60,791 nt of DNA from an uncultured Gammaproteobacteria bacterium (lineage in GTDB: Bacteria; Patescibacteriota; Patescibacteriia; UBA1558; 2-01-FULL-52-15): NCBI GenBank assembly GCA_964540995.1, contig CAZIOU010000005.1, positions 1-60,791 on the forward strand. Direction: 5' to 3'. The position numbers were made by a program, and so were the translations under genes. The first letter of the stretch is position 1; each line of letters starts with the position of its first letter. Under the pieces are notes generated by a model. The model saw only the letters and a list, made by a program, of their open reading frames with translations. It searched no databases and was not told the DNA's origin. This document shows, piece after piece, positions 1 to 8,402 of the stretch.

Positions 1-1361
1 GCGCTGATAATCTGCTGTACGATCTCAGTCAGCGAATCTTCATTACTTTCTTGATGCAGATCGAGTCGTTCGGCGATAGCATGTGGATCCTCACCCGTAG
101 TTACCATGGCGGAGAAGATTGTCTGGGCCGCTGAACTATTGACCTTACCCTGATAGACGAGGACGATAAATTCTGCCATGTCTTCCGGCGTGACTGGTGA
201 CTGCTCGATAGTCTTGCCAGCAGCGTTCAAATGTTTAAAAAGTTCAGTCGTGATCCAAGCGAAAGCCAACCGACCCAACTTCTTACGATTAGCTTGCCAG
301 ATCTCTTCTTCGCTGCCACTGGACTCTCCTGACGACAAGAGCCAGTCACGCAATTCACTAACTGTGGCTTCGAAATAATTGGCTGTAGGGATATCCATGG
401 AGATCAATTCAGCATCACCATAATTGAGCAAATACTCATCCATGAAGCGATTGCGTTTGGCGGACGGTAACTCTGGTAGCGAGCGCTTGATCGCTTCTAC
501 TTCTTCAGCTGTCAGTTCGACTGGCGGCAAATCTGGCTCGGGGAAGAAACGATAATCATTACTTTCTTCTTTGGTCCGCTGCTCCACGGTCACTCCTTCA
601 TCGTCCTTCCAGCCACGAGTACTACCCTGCTTCGGTGCCATATCACCCTCCCAGAGTGCTGTCTGCCTTTCGATCTCATAGTGCAAAGCACGTTCTACCG
701 CACGGAAAGAATTAACGTTCTTAATCTCTGTCTTGGGGTACAGCTTCACATCACCAACTGGTCGCAAGGAAATATTGGCATCGACACGCAACTGTCCCTT
801 CTCCATATCAGCATCCGACACTCCAAGGTAACGAGCAATCAAACGTAACTCTTGTAAGAAGCGTTTGGCTTCAGCGGGCGTGCGGAAATCAGGTTTGGTG
901 ACGATCTCAGCCAAAGGAGCTCCGGCACGATTGAAGTCAATCAGGCTCTGACCTTTGATGTGGAAATTCTTGCCTGTATCTTCTTCTAGGTGCATACGCT
1001 CAATACCGAATCGGCGTTCTTGTCCTTCGACTATCAGCAACAGATAGCCATCAGTAGCGATCGGCTGATCAAATTGGGTAATCTGATAGCCCTTGGGTAA
1101 ATCGGGGTAGAAATAATTTTTGCGATCAAATTTGGAAAAGCGATTAATATAGCAGTTAATGCCTAACCCCATACGAATTCCTTGTTGGATAGCTTCAGCG
1201 TTAACCAATGGCAAAGTGCCTGGGTGTCCGAGACAGACAGGACAGACAGCCGAATTGGGTTGCTCGTTATCACGATCATTAACGCAACGACAAAACATCT
1301 TGCTCTTAGTCTTGAGCTGCAGATGAATCTCTAGACCGATGATCGGTTCGTATTTAGACAT
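1..1361 (-). CDS. gatB: Asp-tRNA(Asn)/Glu-tRNA(Gln) amidotransferase subunit B, N-terminal ~453 aa (C-terminus runs off the window)
   Basis: Own translation of the minus strand from the ATG at 1361 gives MSKYEPIIGLEIHLQLKTKSKMFCRC..CPVCLGHPGTLP..RMHLEEDTGK..DYRFFPEPDLPP, a classic GatB pattern. It is missing from the ORF track only because it is open at the window edge. It overlaps the stop of the upstream ORF by 8 nt. Confidence 0.9.
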   Translation of the reverse strand, partial: MSKYEPIIGLEIHLQLKTKSKMFCRCVNDRDNEQPNSAVCPVCLGHPGTLPLVNAEAIQQGIRMGLGINCYINRFSKFDRKNYFYPDLPKGYQITQFDQPIATDGYLLLIVEGQERRFGIERMHLEEDTGKNFHIKGQSLIDFNRAGAPLAEIVTKPDFRTPAEAKRFLQELRLIARYLGVSDADMEKGQLRVDANISLRPVGDVKLYPKTEIKNVNSFRAVERALHYEIERQTALWEGDMAPKQGSTRGWKDDEGVTVEQRTKEESNDYRFFPEPDLPPVELTAEEVEAIKRSLPELPSAKRNRFMDEYLLNYGDAELISMDIPTANYFEATVSELRDWLLSSGESSGSEEEIWQANRKKLGRLAFAWITTELFKHLNAAGKTIEQSPVTPEDMAEFIVLVYQGKVNSSAAQTIFSAMVTTGEDPHAIAERLDLHQESNEDSLTEIVQQIIS

Positions 1362-2577
1362 GGAGACGTGATTGGATAGTATTCCAGATAGCGTTATTGA
1401 TAGCTTCTCTCGACATCATTGTACCATTGTCCATACACTCGATCAAAGCAAAATTATCAAACTTACTAGCGATCTCCAGATAGACTTGCTCCGCTGCCCG
1501 TAGATGCTCTAGATTGCCTTCAGTCAAATCACGTTTCTTCTCCCCGATATAGGAGCGCGGAGCTTTCTGATCAACTAATTGCTGACCTACTTCGGCAGGC
1601 ACATGCAGGATAATATTGAGGTCTGGCTTAGGGATACCACAAATCTCATATTCCAATTGATACAACCAGTCAAAGAACTTCTGCCGCTCCACCGGATCTT
1701 TGATCTGCGCACCCTGATGTCCCATGCTGGCCGTGACATACCGATTGGACAGGACAATATAGCCATCAGCCAATTGGCGCCGGATCTCGAAGCTGGCCGC
1801 GAAACGATCCAAAGCGTAGAAGAGTGACGCACGCTTAGAATTGACCTGCTCCAACGTACCATAGTTACCGTTCAGATATTGCTCACAGAAATAAGCTGAA
1901 GCTTGACCGTAGCGCGGGAAATCAGCTACCGCTACTCGGTAACCTTTGGCTTGTAGTCGCTGAGCCAACAATTGCACCTGTGTCCCTTTGCCCGAGCCAT
2001 CGGTTCCATCAATAACAATCAACTTACCCGTGACTACTGCTTTGCGCTGAGCATTGCAACTACGGCACAGGGGTAGATAGCTTTCTTTGCCGCCCACTTC
2101 GAATCGTTCGTGTGACTGTGATTTACGGTAAGACCGAGTGGCGTTATCAGCATTGCAATCAGCGCAGACAGCTTGCAGCTTCTCGATATATTCTGATACA
2201 CCCATCAATTCTTTAGTCGCTTCAAAAGCTCTATCCTCAGCATCCAGGTCGAGACCAGCCGTAATCACTTCTTTGCCAGCAGCCGCCAGCGTCTCAGCAA
2301 CGCGGATTAATTGCTGCGCATCCAAGAAATGGATCTCATCGATACCAATCACTTCAAATTCACCTACCAAAGGTAAGATATCGTTGGCGCTGGAAATGAC
2401 GATCGATGGTACCCGATGATTATCGTGTGTCACTACCTCCGTCTCGCTATAACGATTATCGATCTGCGGTTTGAATAAAACCACTTTCTTACCAGCAATA
2501 TCAGCACGCTTAAGATACCACAGCAGTCGACTGGTTTTGCCGGAGAACATGCAACCGGTTATTACTCGGATGGACAT
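1354..2577 (-). CDS. tdk-tmk: Fusion protein: thymidine kinase (N-terminal ~185 aa) + thymidylate kinase (C-terminal ~220 aa)
   Basis: The N-terminus has the TK P-loop GCMFSGKTS, IGIDEIHF and the zinc pairs CADC..CRSC. The C-terminal half restarts with the TMPK P-loop IVIDGTDGSGKGTQ and LSNRYVTASMGHQG (DRY-like region). Confidence 0.85.
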   Translation of the reverse strand: MSIRVITGCMFSGKTSRLLWYLKRADIAGKKVVLFKPQIDNRYSETEVVTHDNHRVPSIVISSANDILPLVGEFEVIGIDEIHFLDAQQLIRVAETLAAAGKEVITAGLDLDAEDRAFEATKELMGVSEYIEKLQAVCADCNADNATRSYRKSQSHERFEVGGKESYLPLCRSCNAQRKAVVTGKLIVIDGTDGSGKGTQVQLLAQRLQAKGYRVAVADFPRYGQASAYFCEQYLNGNYGTLEQVNSKRASLFYALDRFAASFEIRRQLADGYIVLSNRYVTASMGHQGAQIKDPVERQKFFDWLYQLEYEICGIPKPDLNIILHVPAEVGQQLVDQKAPRSYIGEKKRDLTEGNLEHLRAAEQVYLEIASKFDNFALIECMDNGTMMSREAINNAIWNTIQSRLHV

Positions 2578-2595
2578 GAAATGTATTTAGTATTA

Positions 2596-2648
2596 GGTAG
2601 GAAGTATAAAGTAGTTTTGCATGATACCTACTACTTTATACCTTATAC
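2596..2648. repeat. AT-rich GTAG/CTAC-word hairpin in the thyX / tdk-tmk spacer
   Basis: 12-bp perfect inverted repeat: gtataaagtagt (2604-2615) and actactttatac (2630-2641). The same words recur at 33089-33139 and 54515-54630. Confidence 0.7.
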
Positions 2649-4349
2649 TTATTGAATATCCTTCTCATCTAACTTTCTCTCCTTCACTCTCTGCTTGGCC
2701 TCTGCGTCACCCCTGCTCCAGAAATAATCATTGTGATCCACAAACTTCATTGCTTCCGCGCGCCAACTGCGATTCTTCTCAATTTCCTTATGCATCAGCT
2801 GACAGACCTTACGATACTGCGGATGGCCCTGTGGCGTCGTGCGTAGCTCCAGTAAATGATAAGCTTCGCGTTCATTAAAGGCTAAGATCCAACGGACTTT
2901 GTGACCGTGCAAAGTAATATACGAAGCTTCTAGGGGGAAATCTCTGGTCACGGTCTGATACAAGGCTTTGGCACGTTCATGACAGGCCAACACCTTGTCT
3001 TCGAAACCAGCCAACCTGATATCTTCGGGTACGATGAAACCCAGCATCGGACTGAAGCGCTGACGTAACTGACTGGTCATACGATGCCGCTCGAGATCTT
3101 TGTAAGTACCAAAGTCAGTTATCAGATCGAAAGTATAACGATAACCACTTTCCAAAGCTCGGTACGGTCTATCACGTCGGGTCTGACGTTCACCAATATA
3201 AGTCTGACGAATTTTTTCTTTTAATTCCGGAGTTAGTCTGCGTACCACCTTAATCAACTGCCGCAAAGAGTGGTGGCAATATTCATACAGCATCATGGCT
3301 ATCATTAGGACGTCTTCTTCATCACGTGTTAATTCACGCAATTGATCGGCCGAGATCATTGTCTGCTCCATGACCACAGTGTTAATCTTCTCCGCAATAG
3401 CGGATTCGCCACGATCAAGCAAGACAACCGGATCTTCGTCTTTGGCGTCGGTTGTGGCTAATAATTCAGAAGTCAAAGCGTTCATTGCCCGATGGACCAC
3501 TTGACGATACTCATTGGGTTTGGAACGTTTGACATAATGTGGGATGACTTTATCCAACTCTTGTTTGGCCTGCTGTGCTATGCTGGCCGCTTCTTGCAAC
3601 GTTGATGTCATTAGATGGGACAGTACACCCTGATAGAAACGACCATTACCAAACATACCAACATTAGTCTTAGTCGCCAGCGGAAGTAAGCTGCGCAAGG
3701 AATCACAAGCCTTGGTGCGAATATCCGAATTGTAAGTTATAGTGAAGGCTTTCTGATCTTTCTCCTCTTTCAGCTCGGCTAATTTCTGCTTCTGACCAGT
3801 ACCGAGGACATCATATTCCGCTTCTTCGATCGGCTTCAATTTCTGATAGTAGGCCTTCATCGGCTCCATCAGATCGCAATAAGTCTGGAAAATGAAATCC
3901 ATAGTCGCCATGTATTCGCTGGCGTGAGGCGAAGCCATGATGCGCGGATCACGATAATAGCGGAAATTGCCTTGGTCATCGCGTTGATCGTAGAAAACAT
4001 AGCGCGTCGATTGCTCAATGGGCGATCCGCCGATACGCCTGTCCTCTATCTCTTTGGAGATTAAGACAGAAATATTTTCGAAAGAAACATGCGCACCCTC
4101 TAATTCTCCGACTGAATCATCGCCATAAGCCACCAAGACACGTTCAATCAATTGCGAAGCTCGCTGCACATCCAGCATACCTTCTTTGATAAACTCTTTG
4201 AGCAACACCTCCCGGAAACCGCCTTTGGCTCGACTGTAGCGAGCATAAATAGAACCGACAATACCTTCTAGATTGGTGACACAGAAGACATCACCGTCCG
4301 GATCGGTAACATATTTTTTTAGGATTTCTTTTTCTTCAGGGGTAAACAT
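2649..4349 (-). CDS. thyX: FAD-dependent thymidylate synthase, long two-domain ThyX-like form (566 aa)
   Basis: The C-terminal half carries ERHRMTSQ (ThyX RHRxxS signature region). The N-terminal half has a degenerate YARYSR copy. The size recalls long chlamydial-type ThyX. The gene sits between dut and TK-TMPK. Confidence 0.6.
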   Translation of the reverse strand: MFTPEEKEILKKYVTDPDGDVFCVTNLEGIVGSIYARYSRAKGGFREVLLKEFIKEGMLDVQRASQLIERVLVAYGDDSVGELEGAHVSFENISVLISKEIEDRRIGGSPIEQSTRYVFYDQRDDQGNFRYYRDPRIMASPHASEYMATMDFIFQTYCDLMEPMKAYYQKLKPIEEAEYDVLGTGQKQKLAELKEEKDQKAFTITYNSDIRTKACDSLRSLLPLATKTNVGMFGNGRFYQGVLSHLMTSTLQEAASIAQQAKQELDKVIPHYVKRSKPNEYRQVVHRAMNALTSELLATTDAKDEDPVVLLDRGESAIAEKINTVVMEQTMISADQLRELTRDEEDVLMIAMMLYEYCHHSLRQLIKVVRRLTPELKEKIRQTYIGERQTRRDRPYRALESGYRYTFDLITDFGTYKDLERHRMTSQLRQRFSPMLGFIVPEDIRLAGFEDKVLACHERAKALYQTVTRDFPLEASYITLHGHKVRWILAFNEREAYHLLELRTTPQGHPQYRKVCQLMHKEIEKNRSWRAEAMKFVDHNDYFWSRGDAEAKQRVKERKLDEKDIQ

Positions 4350-4391
4350 TGATTATGACTGATAAATTGTTAACGCCGACACTCTCCATAT

Positions 4392-4547
4392 CTGTCTTTG
4401 CGAGAAATCCTTTGGCCTTCTGGTCGAAGGATTTCGCGGCAACCTAGCCTATCTGATGTCACACAATCATCGGGTGACTTCTATTGTGATAAACTGAAGT
4501 AATTTCAAGGGGATTGCTTCCCGCGTCAAACGCGGTCGCAATGACAG
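4392..4547 (+). mobile_element. MITE-like intergenic repeat, copy 1 (156 bp)
   Basis: Terminal inverted repeat CTGTCTTTGCGA...TCGCAATGACAG with internal hairpins (cgagaaatcctt/aaggatttcgcg; cgcg-tcaaa-cgcg). It aligns along its length with 9339-9490 (reverse orientation) and partly with 30636-30725 and 60606-60729. Confidence 0.8.
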
Positions 4548-4555
4548 AGTGTTGG

Positions 4556-4978
4556 TTAACGCCCGGTACTCCCGAACCCACCCTCAGCCCGACTGGTACT
4601 ATTTAATTCCTCCGCTTCTTCAAATTGCACCACTTCCACGGGTTGGAAAAGTACTTGTGCTACTTTATCTCCCACTTTCACTTCATATGGTTGATCGGAA
4701 GTATTGAGCAAAATAACGGTCCACTCACCGCGATAATTGGAATCTAGGACGCCGGCCAGACAGGTCAGGCCGTATTTGGCTGATAGACTACTGCGATCCA
4801 TGATCAAAGCCACATGCGTAGCGGGAAACTGCACCGCGAAGCCCAAGGGAAACGAATGGTGTTCTCCGGGTTGTAATATCTTGGCCTCCAGCGAAAACAA
4901 ATTCGCTCCTGCGTCTCCTTCGTGAATATAGGTTGGGATGTAGGCTTCTGGCCTAAGCTTTTTAAATTTGACGTGCAT
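4556..4978 (-). CDS. dut: dUTP diphosphatase
   Basis: AGANLFS..., GVLDSNYRGE and a C-terminal RAEGGFGSTG match dUTPase motifs. The track start at 4984 is TTG; the first ATG is at 4978. Confidence 0.85.
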   Translation of the reverse strand: MHVKFKKLRPEAYIPTYIHEGDAGANLFSLEAKILQPGEHHSFPLGFAVQFPATHVALIMDRSSLSAKYGLTCLAGVLDSNYRGEWTVILLNTSDQPYEVKVGDKVAQVLFQPVEVVQFEEAEELNSTSRAEGGFGSTGR

Positions 4979-5528
4979 AGCCAAGAGAGGTTAAAAGTTG
5001 ATCTAATTGTTGCTGCAAGGATTCAACCGAACCATCATTATTGATATGATACTCAGCTTGCTCCATCACACTGGGTATGGCCTGTTCTGGTTCTGCTTGT
5101 TGATCGAGGGCAAATTGCTCTCGACTCTTACCAGCGTCATCGGGATTCTCGCCCCGCGTGATCAGGCGTTGGTAGCGAATTGACTCTTCCGCTTCGATAG
5201 CAATCAGATGAAATTCAGGCAGCTGGCGTAAGTACTCGATATCAGCCAAACGACGGATACCTTCGACAATAACAATGTCATGACTGTCAGCTCGCACGTC
5301 TTCAGCAATAACTTGCGCCAAAATATTTTCTCCGAACTGCTGACGCAACAAACCAGACAAAGCTTGCATATTCTCTCTGGTAGTCGGCTGATGCAGACGT
5401 TCCAATACATCTCGCAGCATGGTGGAATAACGGTGACTACCGGCCTGATAGCGCTCAACGACATAAGCAGCAGCAGTACCCTTGCCGCTCACCATCAGCC
5501 CAGTGAAGCCGAGGACAATTTTAGCCAT
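4962..5528 (-). CDS. P-loop nucleotide/nucleoside kinase-like protein (CoaE / dNMP-kinase-like)
   Basis: Walker A GFTGLMVSGKGT at the N-terminus and size of 188 aa. It is embedded between dCMP deaminase and dut with overlapping stops and starts. Substrate is unknown. Confidence 0.5.
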   Translation of the reverse strand: MAKIVLGFTGLMVSGKGTAAAYVVERYQAGSHRYSTMLRDVLERLHQPTTRENMQALSGLLRQQFGENILAQVIAEDVRADSHDIVIVEGIRRLADIEYLRQLPEFHLIAIEAEESIRYQRLITRGENPDDAGKSREQFALDQQAEPEQAIPSVMEQAEYHINNDGSVESLQQQLDQLLTSLGYARQI

Positions 5529-6045
5529 TGGTTAATACGACGTTACCTTCAGCTGCTTGACGCTCTTCAATATCATGAGAGAACATCTCGGACAAACTTT
5601 GCTCCCATTCGGCGTTGCGTTGATACATCGTCACTTCTAGCCCAGCCTCTCGTAGATAATCAAGGGCTTGGGCGTTACGATAAATCTTACCCACCACCAC
5701 TCGTTTGATACCGGCAGCCACGATATATTTGGCACAGTGAATGCAAGGATTATACGTCGCGTACAAAGTAGCACCATCAGTACTCGATCCCTGCAAGACC
5801 GCAACTTGCAGAATAGTATTATGCTCGGCGTGAATCGTTCGCACGCAATGACCATCCTCGAGCAAATGACCAGCTTCGAGACAGTTAGGCTGACCTGAAG
5901 GCGCGCCGTTATAACCAGTGGCGATGATGCGCTTCTGCTGGACCAAGATAGCTCCGGCGGCCAGCCGATCGCAGGAACTTCGGGTTGCTACGATGCGCGT
6001 CATGGCCATGAAATAGTCGTCCCAATTGGGTCTATAGGTAGGCAT
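5521..6045 (-). CDS. Deoxycytidylate (dCMP) deaminase
   Basis: Zinc motifs HAEHN and PCIHCAKYI, and an N-terminal PNWDDYFM typical of ComEB/dCMP deaminases. ATG at 6045 (MPTYRPNWDDYF) is preferred over the 6132 extension. Confidence 0.85.
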   Translation of the reverse strand: MPTYRPNWDDYFMAMTRIVATRSSCDRLAAGAILVQQKRIIATGYNGAPSGQPNCLEAGHLLEDGHCVRTIHAEHNTILQVAVLQGSSTDGATLYATYNPCIHCAKYIVAAGIKRVVVGKIYRNAQALDYLREAGLEVTMYQRNAEWEQSLSEMFSHDIEERQAAEGNVVLTNG

Positions 6046-6181
6046 TGTGTATAAGGTAAGAGTTAGTGCCTGTATTGTACCAAAGGCCAGTCTAAGCGAA
6101 AACATTGACCGAGAGGGCCAACTGTTGCTCAATATAGAAAATCAAAAAACTGCCCCAGAGAGCAGCTTTTTGTGAAATATT

Positions 6182-6862
6182 TTATAGTCCGACTTTGATC
6201 GCAGGACCCATTGATGAGGTCAGGTAGATGCCCTTGATGTAGACACCTTTGAGCTTCTCCGGTTTGACGCTCTTGAGCGCTTTGACGAAGGCTTCGAAGT
6301 TGTCATTGATCTTAGCAGCATCGAAGGAAACTTTACCGATAACGACATGGACATTACCGAAGGAGTCGTTCTTGAAACTGATCTTACCGGCTTTGAGCTC
6401 GGTGACAGTCTGACCAACCTTAGTGGTGATGGTTCCGGTCTTAGGGTTAGGCATCAGGCCTTTCTGACCCAAGATACGAGCGATAGCCGCCAGATCTTTC
6501 ATCATGTCGGGAGTAGCGATAGCAACATCGAAGTCACATTTACCGCTTTTCTTGATCTCTTCGATCAATTCTTTGTTACCGACGGTGTCAGCGCCAGCCT
6601 TCTTGGCTTCAGCTGCGAGATCATCTGGCACAAAGGCAGCGATCTTGACGGTCTTACCGCTACCATGAGGCAGGGCTACCGTAGCACGGACCAACTGATC
6701 ACTCTGCTTAGGATCGATACCGAGCTTCACATGAACTTCAATAGAAGCATCAAATTTGACACCGGAGGTATCTTTGACCAAAGCAATAGCTTCAGCGGTA
6801 GGATAACTCTTGGTGCTGTCGACTTTGGCCTTCTGGGCCTTGAGACGTTTTCCAATTTTCAT
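6182..6862 (-). CDS. rplA: 50S ribosomal protein L1
   Basis: Full-length L1-like sequence (..FDASIEVHVKLGIDPKQSDQLVRATVALPHGSGK..) in the conserved position after rplK. Confidence 0.95.
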   Translation of the reverse strand: MKIGKRLKAQKAKVDSTKSYPTAEAIALVKDTSGVKFDASIEVHVKLGIDPKQSDQLVRATVALPHGSGKTVKIAAFVPDDLAAEAKKAGADTVGNKELIEEIKKSGKCDFDVAIATPDMMKDLAAIARILGQKGLMPNPKTGTITTKVGQTVTELKAGKISFKNDSFGNVHVVIGKVSFDAAKINDNFEAFVKALKSVKPEKLKGVYIKGIYLTSSMGPAIKVGL

Positions 6863-6933
6863 AGTTATGAATTTATGTGGTTATAACGTCGCCCGCAGCT
6901 TAGGCGTAGGGTGACTCCCACTTTAATTAAGAA

Positions 6934-6986
6934 GGTACTCGATACTCGTTACTCGCGACTCGTCTTTCCGAGTACCGAGTAACGAG
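6934..6986 (-). other. Strong hairpin just downstream of rplK (possible attenuator/terminator before rplA)
   Basis: ctcgttactcg (6945-6955) pairs perfectly with cgagtaacgag (6976-6986), and gtactcg/cgagtac forms an outer pair. The sequence is built of TACTCG/CGAGTA words. Confidence 0.5.
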
Positions 6987-6996
6987 CCCCAAGTCC

Positions 6997-7422
6997 CTAG
7001 TCTTTGATTGTGATCCCCATCTGTCGCGCCGTGCCAGCGATAATGTTCATAGCGGCGTCGATGTCATTGGCGTTGAGGTCAGGCATTTTGACTTCGGCAA
7101 TCTCTTTCAACTGCGCTTTGGTCACTACGCCGACTTTCTCCTGTAATGGTTTACCGGAGCCTTTCTCAATACCAGCGGCTTTCTTCAGTAATTCGGAAGC
7201 TGGTGGAGTCTTGAGAATGAAGGTAAAGGTTCGATCTTCATAAATAGTCAGATCGATAGGAACCGTAGTTCCACGCTTATCCTTGGTTGCTTCGTTAAAT
7301 TTGGAACAGAAGTCTTGAATGTTAACACCGTGCGGTCCAAGTGCAGTACCGACTGGTGGAGCTGGTGTAGCCGCACCACCCATGATCTGCAGCTTGACTA
7401 ATGCTTTGATTGGTTTAGCCAT
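6997..7422 (-). CDS. rplK: 50S ribosomal protein L11
   Basis: [35 protein letters not shown].. is a canonical L11 N-terminus. Confidence 0.95.
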   Translation of the reverse strand: MAKPIKALVKLQIMGGAATPAPPVGTALGPHGVNIQDFCSKFNEATKDKRGTTVPIDLTIYEDRTFTFILKTPPASELLKKAAGIEKGSGKPLQEKVGVVTKAQLKEIAEVKMPDLNANDIDAAMNIIAGTARQMGITIKD

Positions 7423-7500
7423 AATTATTTACTTATTATATCGGGATACACTAGAAGCTTTTCTTAAAGAAAAAATGCACCCAACTTAATTATCAATTTC

Positions 7501-7549
7501 GGTACCCGCGGCCCGAAGCTCGATTATCGAGTCCCGAGCCGCGAGTACC
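7501..7549 (-). other. Hairpin between nusG and rplK
   Basis: ggtacccgcggc (7501-7512) pairs with gccgcgagtacc (7538-7549) with one mismatch, plus an inner ctcgat/atcgag stem. On the minus strand a T-run (gcattttttc) follows further downstream. Confidence 0.45.
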
Positions 7550-7558
7550 AAGCACCAT

Positions 7559-8104
7559 TTATAATTTCTTCACCTGCAAGAAGTCCAATTCAACCGGAGT
7601 TTCGCGACCGAAGACGGAAATAAGAACTTTGACTTTGCCACGAGCTTCATCGATCTCACTCGCTTTACCTTCGTAATTCTTGAACGGACCATCGACGATC
7701 TTGACCATCTGACCGACAGCAATATCAATCTTATACTCTGGATCTTCCACACCCATGCGTTGCTGTAATGATTTGATCTCTTCGTCAGCTACTGGTGTCG
7801 GGATCGTACCGGTACCGATAAATCCTGTGACGTTCGGCGTATTGCGTACGACATACCAAGAAGCATCAGTTACGATCATATTGACCATGACATAGCCAGG
7901 GAAAATCTTCTCACGGACAGTCTTACGCTTGCCGTTCTTGATCTTGATCTTAGTCTCGGTGGGGATCAGTACATCGAAAATCTTATCTTCCATATCCATC
8001 GATTCGATACGCTGTTTCAAGTTGCGAGCTACGTTCTCTTCATAACCAGAGTAGGTATGCAGCGCGTACCAACGGCGACCCTGTTGTAAATTTTGTTTGG
8101 CCAT
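7559..8104 (-). CDS. nusG: Transcription termination/antitermination factor NusG
   Basis: RWYALHTYSGYEENV.. NGN domain and a C-terminal KOW (GQMVKIVDGPFKNYEGK); secE-nusG-rplK-rplA synteny. Confidence 0.95.
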   Translation of the reverse strand: MAKQNLQQGRRWYALHTYSGYEENVARNLKQRIESMDMEDKIFDVLIPTETKIKIKNGKRKTVREKIFPGYVMVNMIVTDASWYVVRNTPNVTGFIGTGTIPTPVADEEIKSLQQRMGVEDPEYKIDIAVGQMVKIVDGPFKNYEGKASEIDEARGKVKVLISVFGRETPVELDFLQVKKL

Positions 8105-8110
8105 AGTCGT

Positions 8111-8314
8111 TTAGCGTAATACCAATTGTAAAGCCCAACTAATGACGAAATCCAACAGTCCCAAGAATAGGGCCAACCCAGCGGAAATAAGCACCACTTC
8201 AATAGTATATTTGGTGGTTTGCTGACGTGTCGGCCACGAGACCTTCATCAATTCTAGCCGAGCTGCTCGCAGGTAGTTGATAATTTTGTTCATAATTTCG
8301 CTAATATTAGCCAA
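8111..8314 (-). CDS. secE: Preprotein translocase subunit SecE
   Basis: 67 aa with a single C-terminal TM helix and ..ELMKVSWPTRQQ.. motif, directly upstream of nusG. Confidence 0.85.
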   Translation of the reverse strand: MANISEIMNKIINYLRAARLELMKVSWPTRQQTTKYTIEVVLISAGLALFLGLLDFVISWALQLVLR

Positions 8315-8402
8315 ATACGGCTAATTGGTATTTTAAAACCGCTCTGGGCGGTGATTTATGCCAAAATAATACCAGCTTCAGGTGGAAAATGCAAGAGCCG
8401 AT

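Noticed and set aside
6347-6886. 179-aa plus-strand ORF. Similar long antisense ORFs occur at 36244-36786, 5280-5708, 10072-10440, 28201-28623, 31527-32012 and 50156-50632.
   Set aside because: Each lies antisense to a confidently recognised conserved gene (rplA, atpB, the kinase/deaminase, gyrB, the CA-like gene, atpD, clp). They have no SD or promoter and their low-complexity translations are typical of shadow ORFs.
8315-8402. Expected tRNA-Trp or rpmG upstream of secE.
   Set aside because: The 88-nt spacer has no tRNA-like arms and no ORF, so the usual neighbours are simply absent here.
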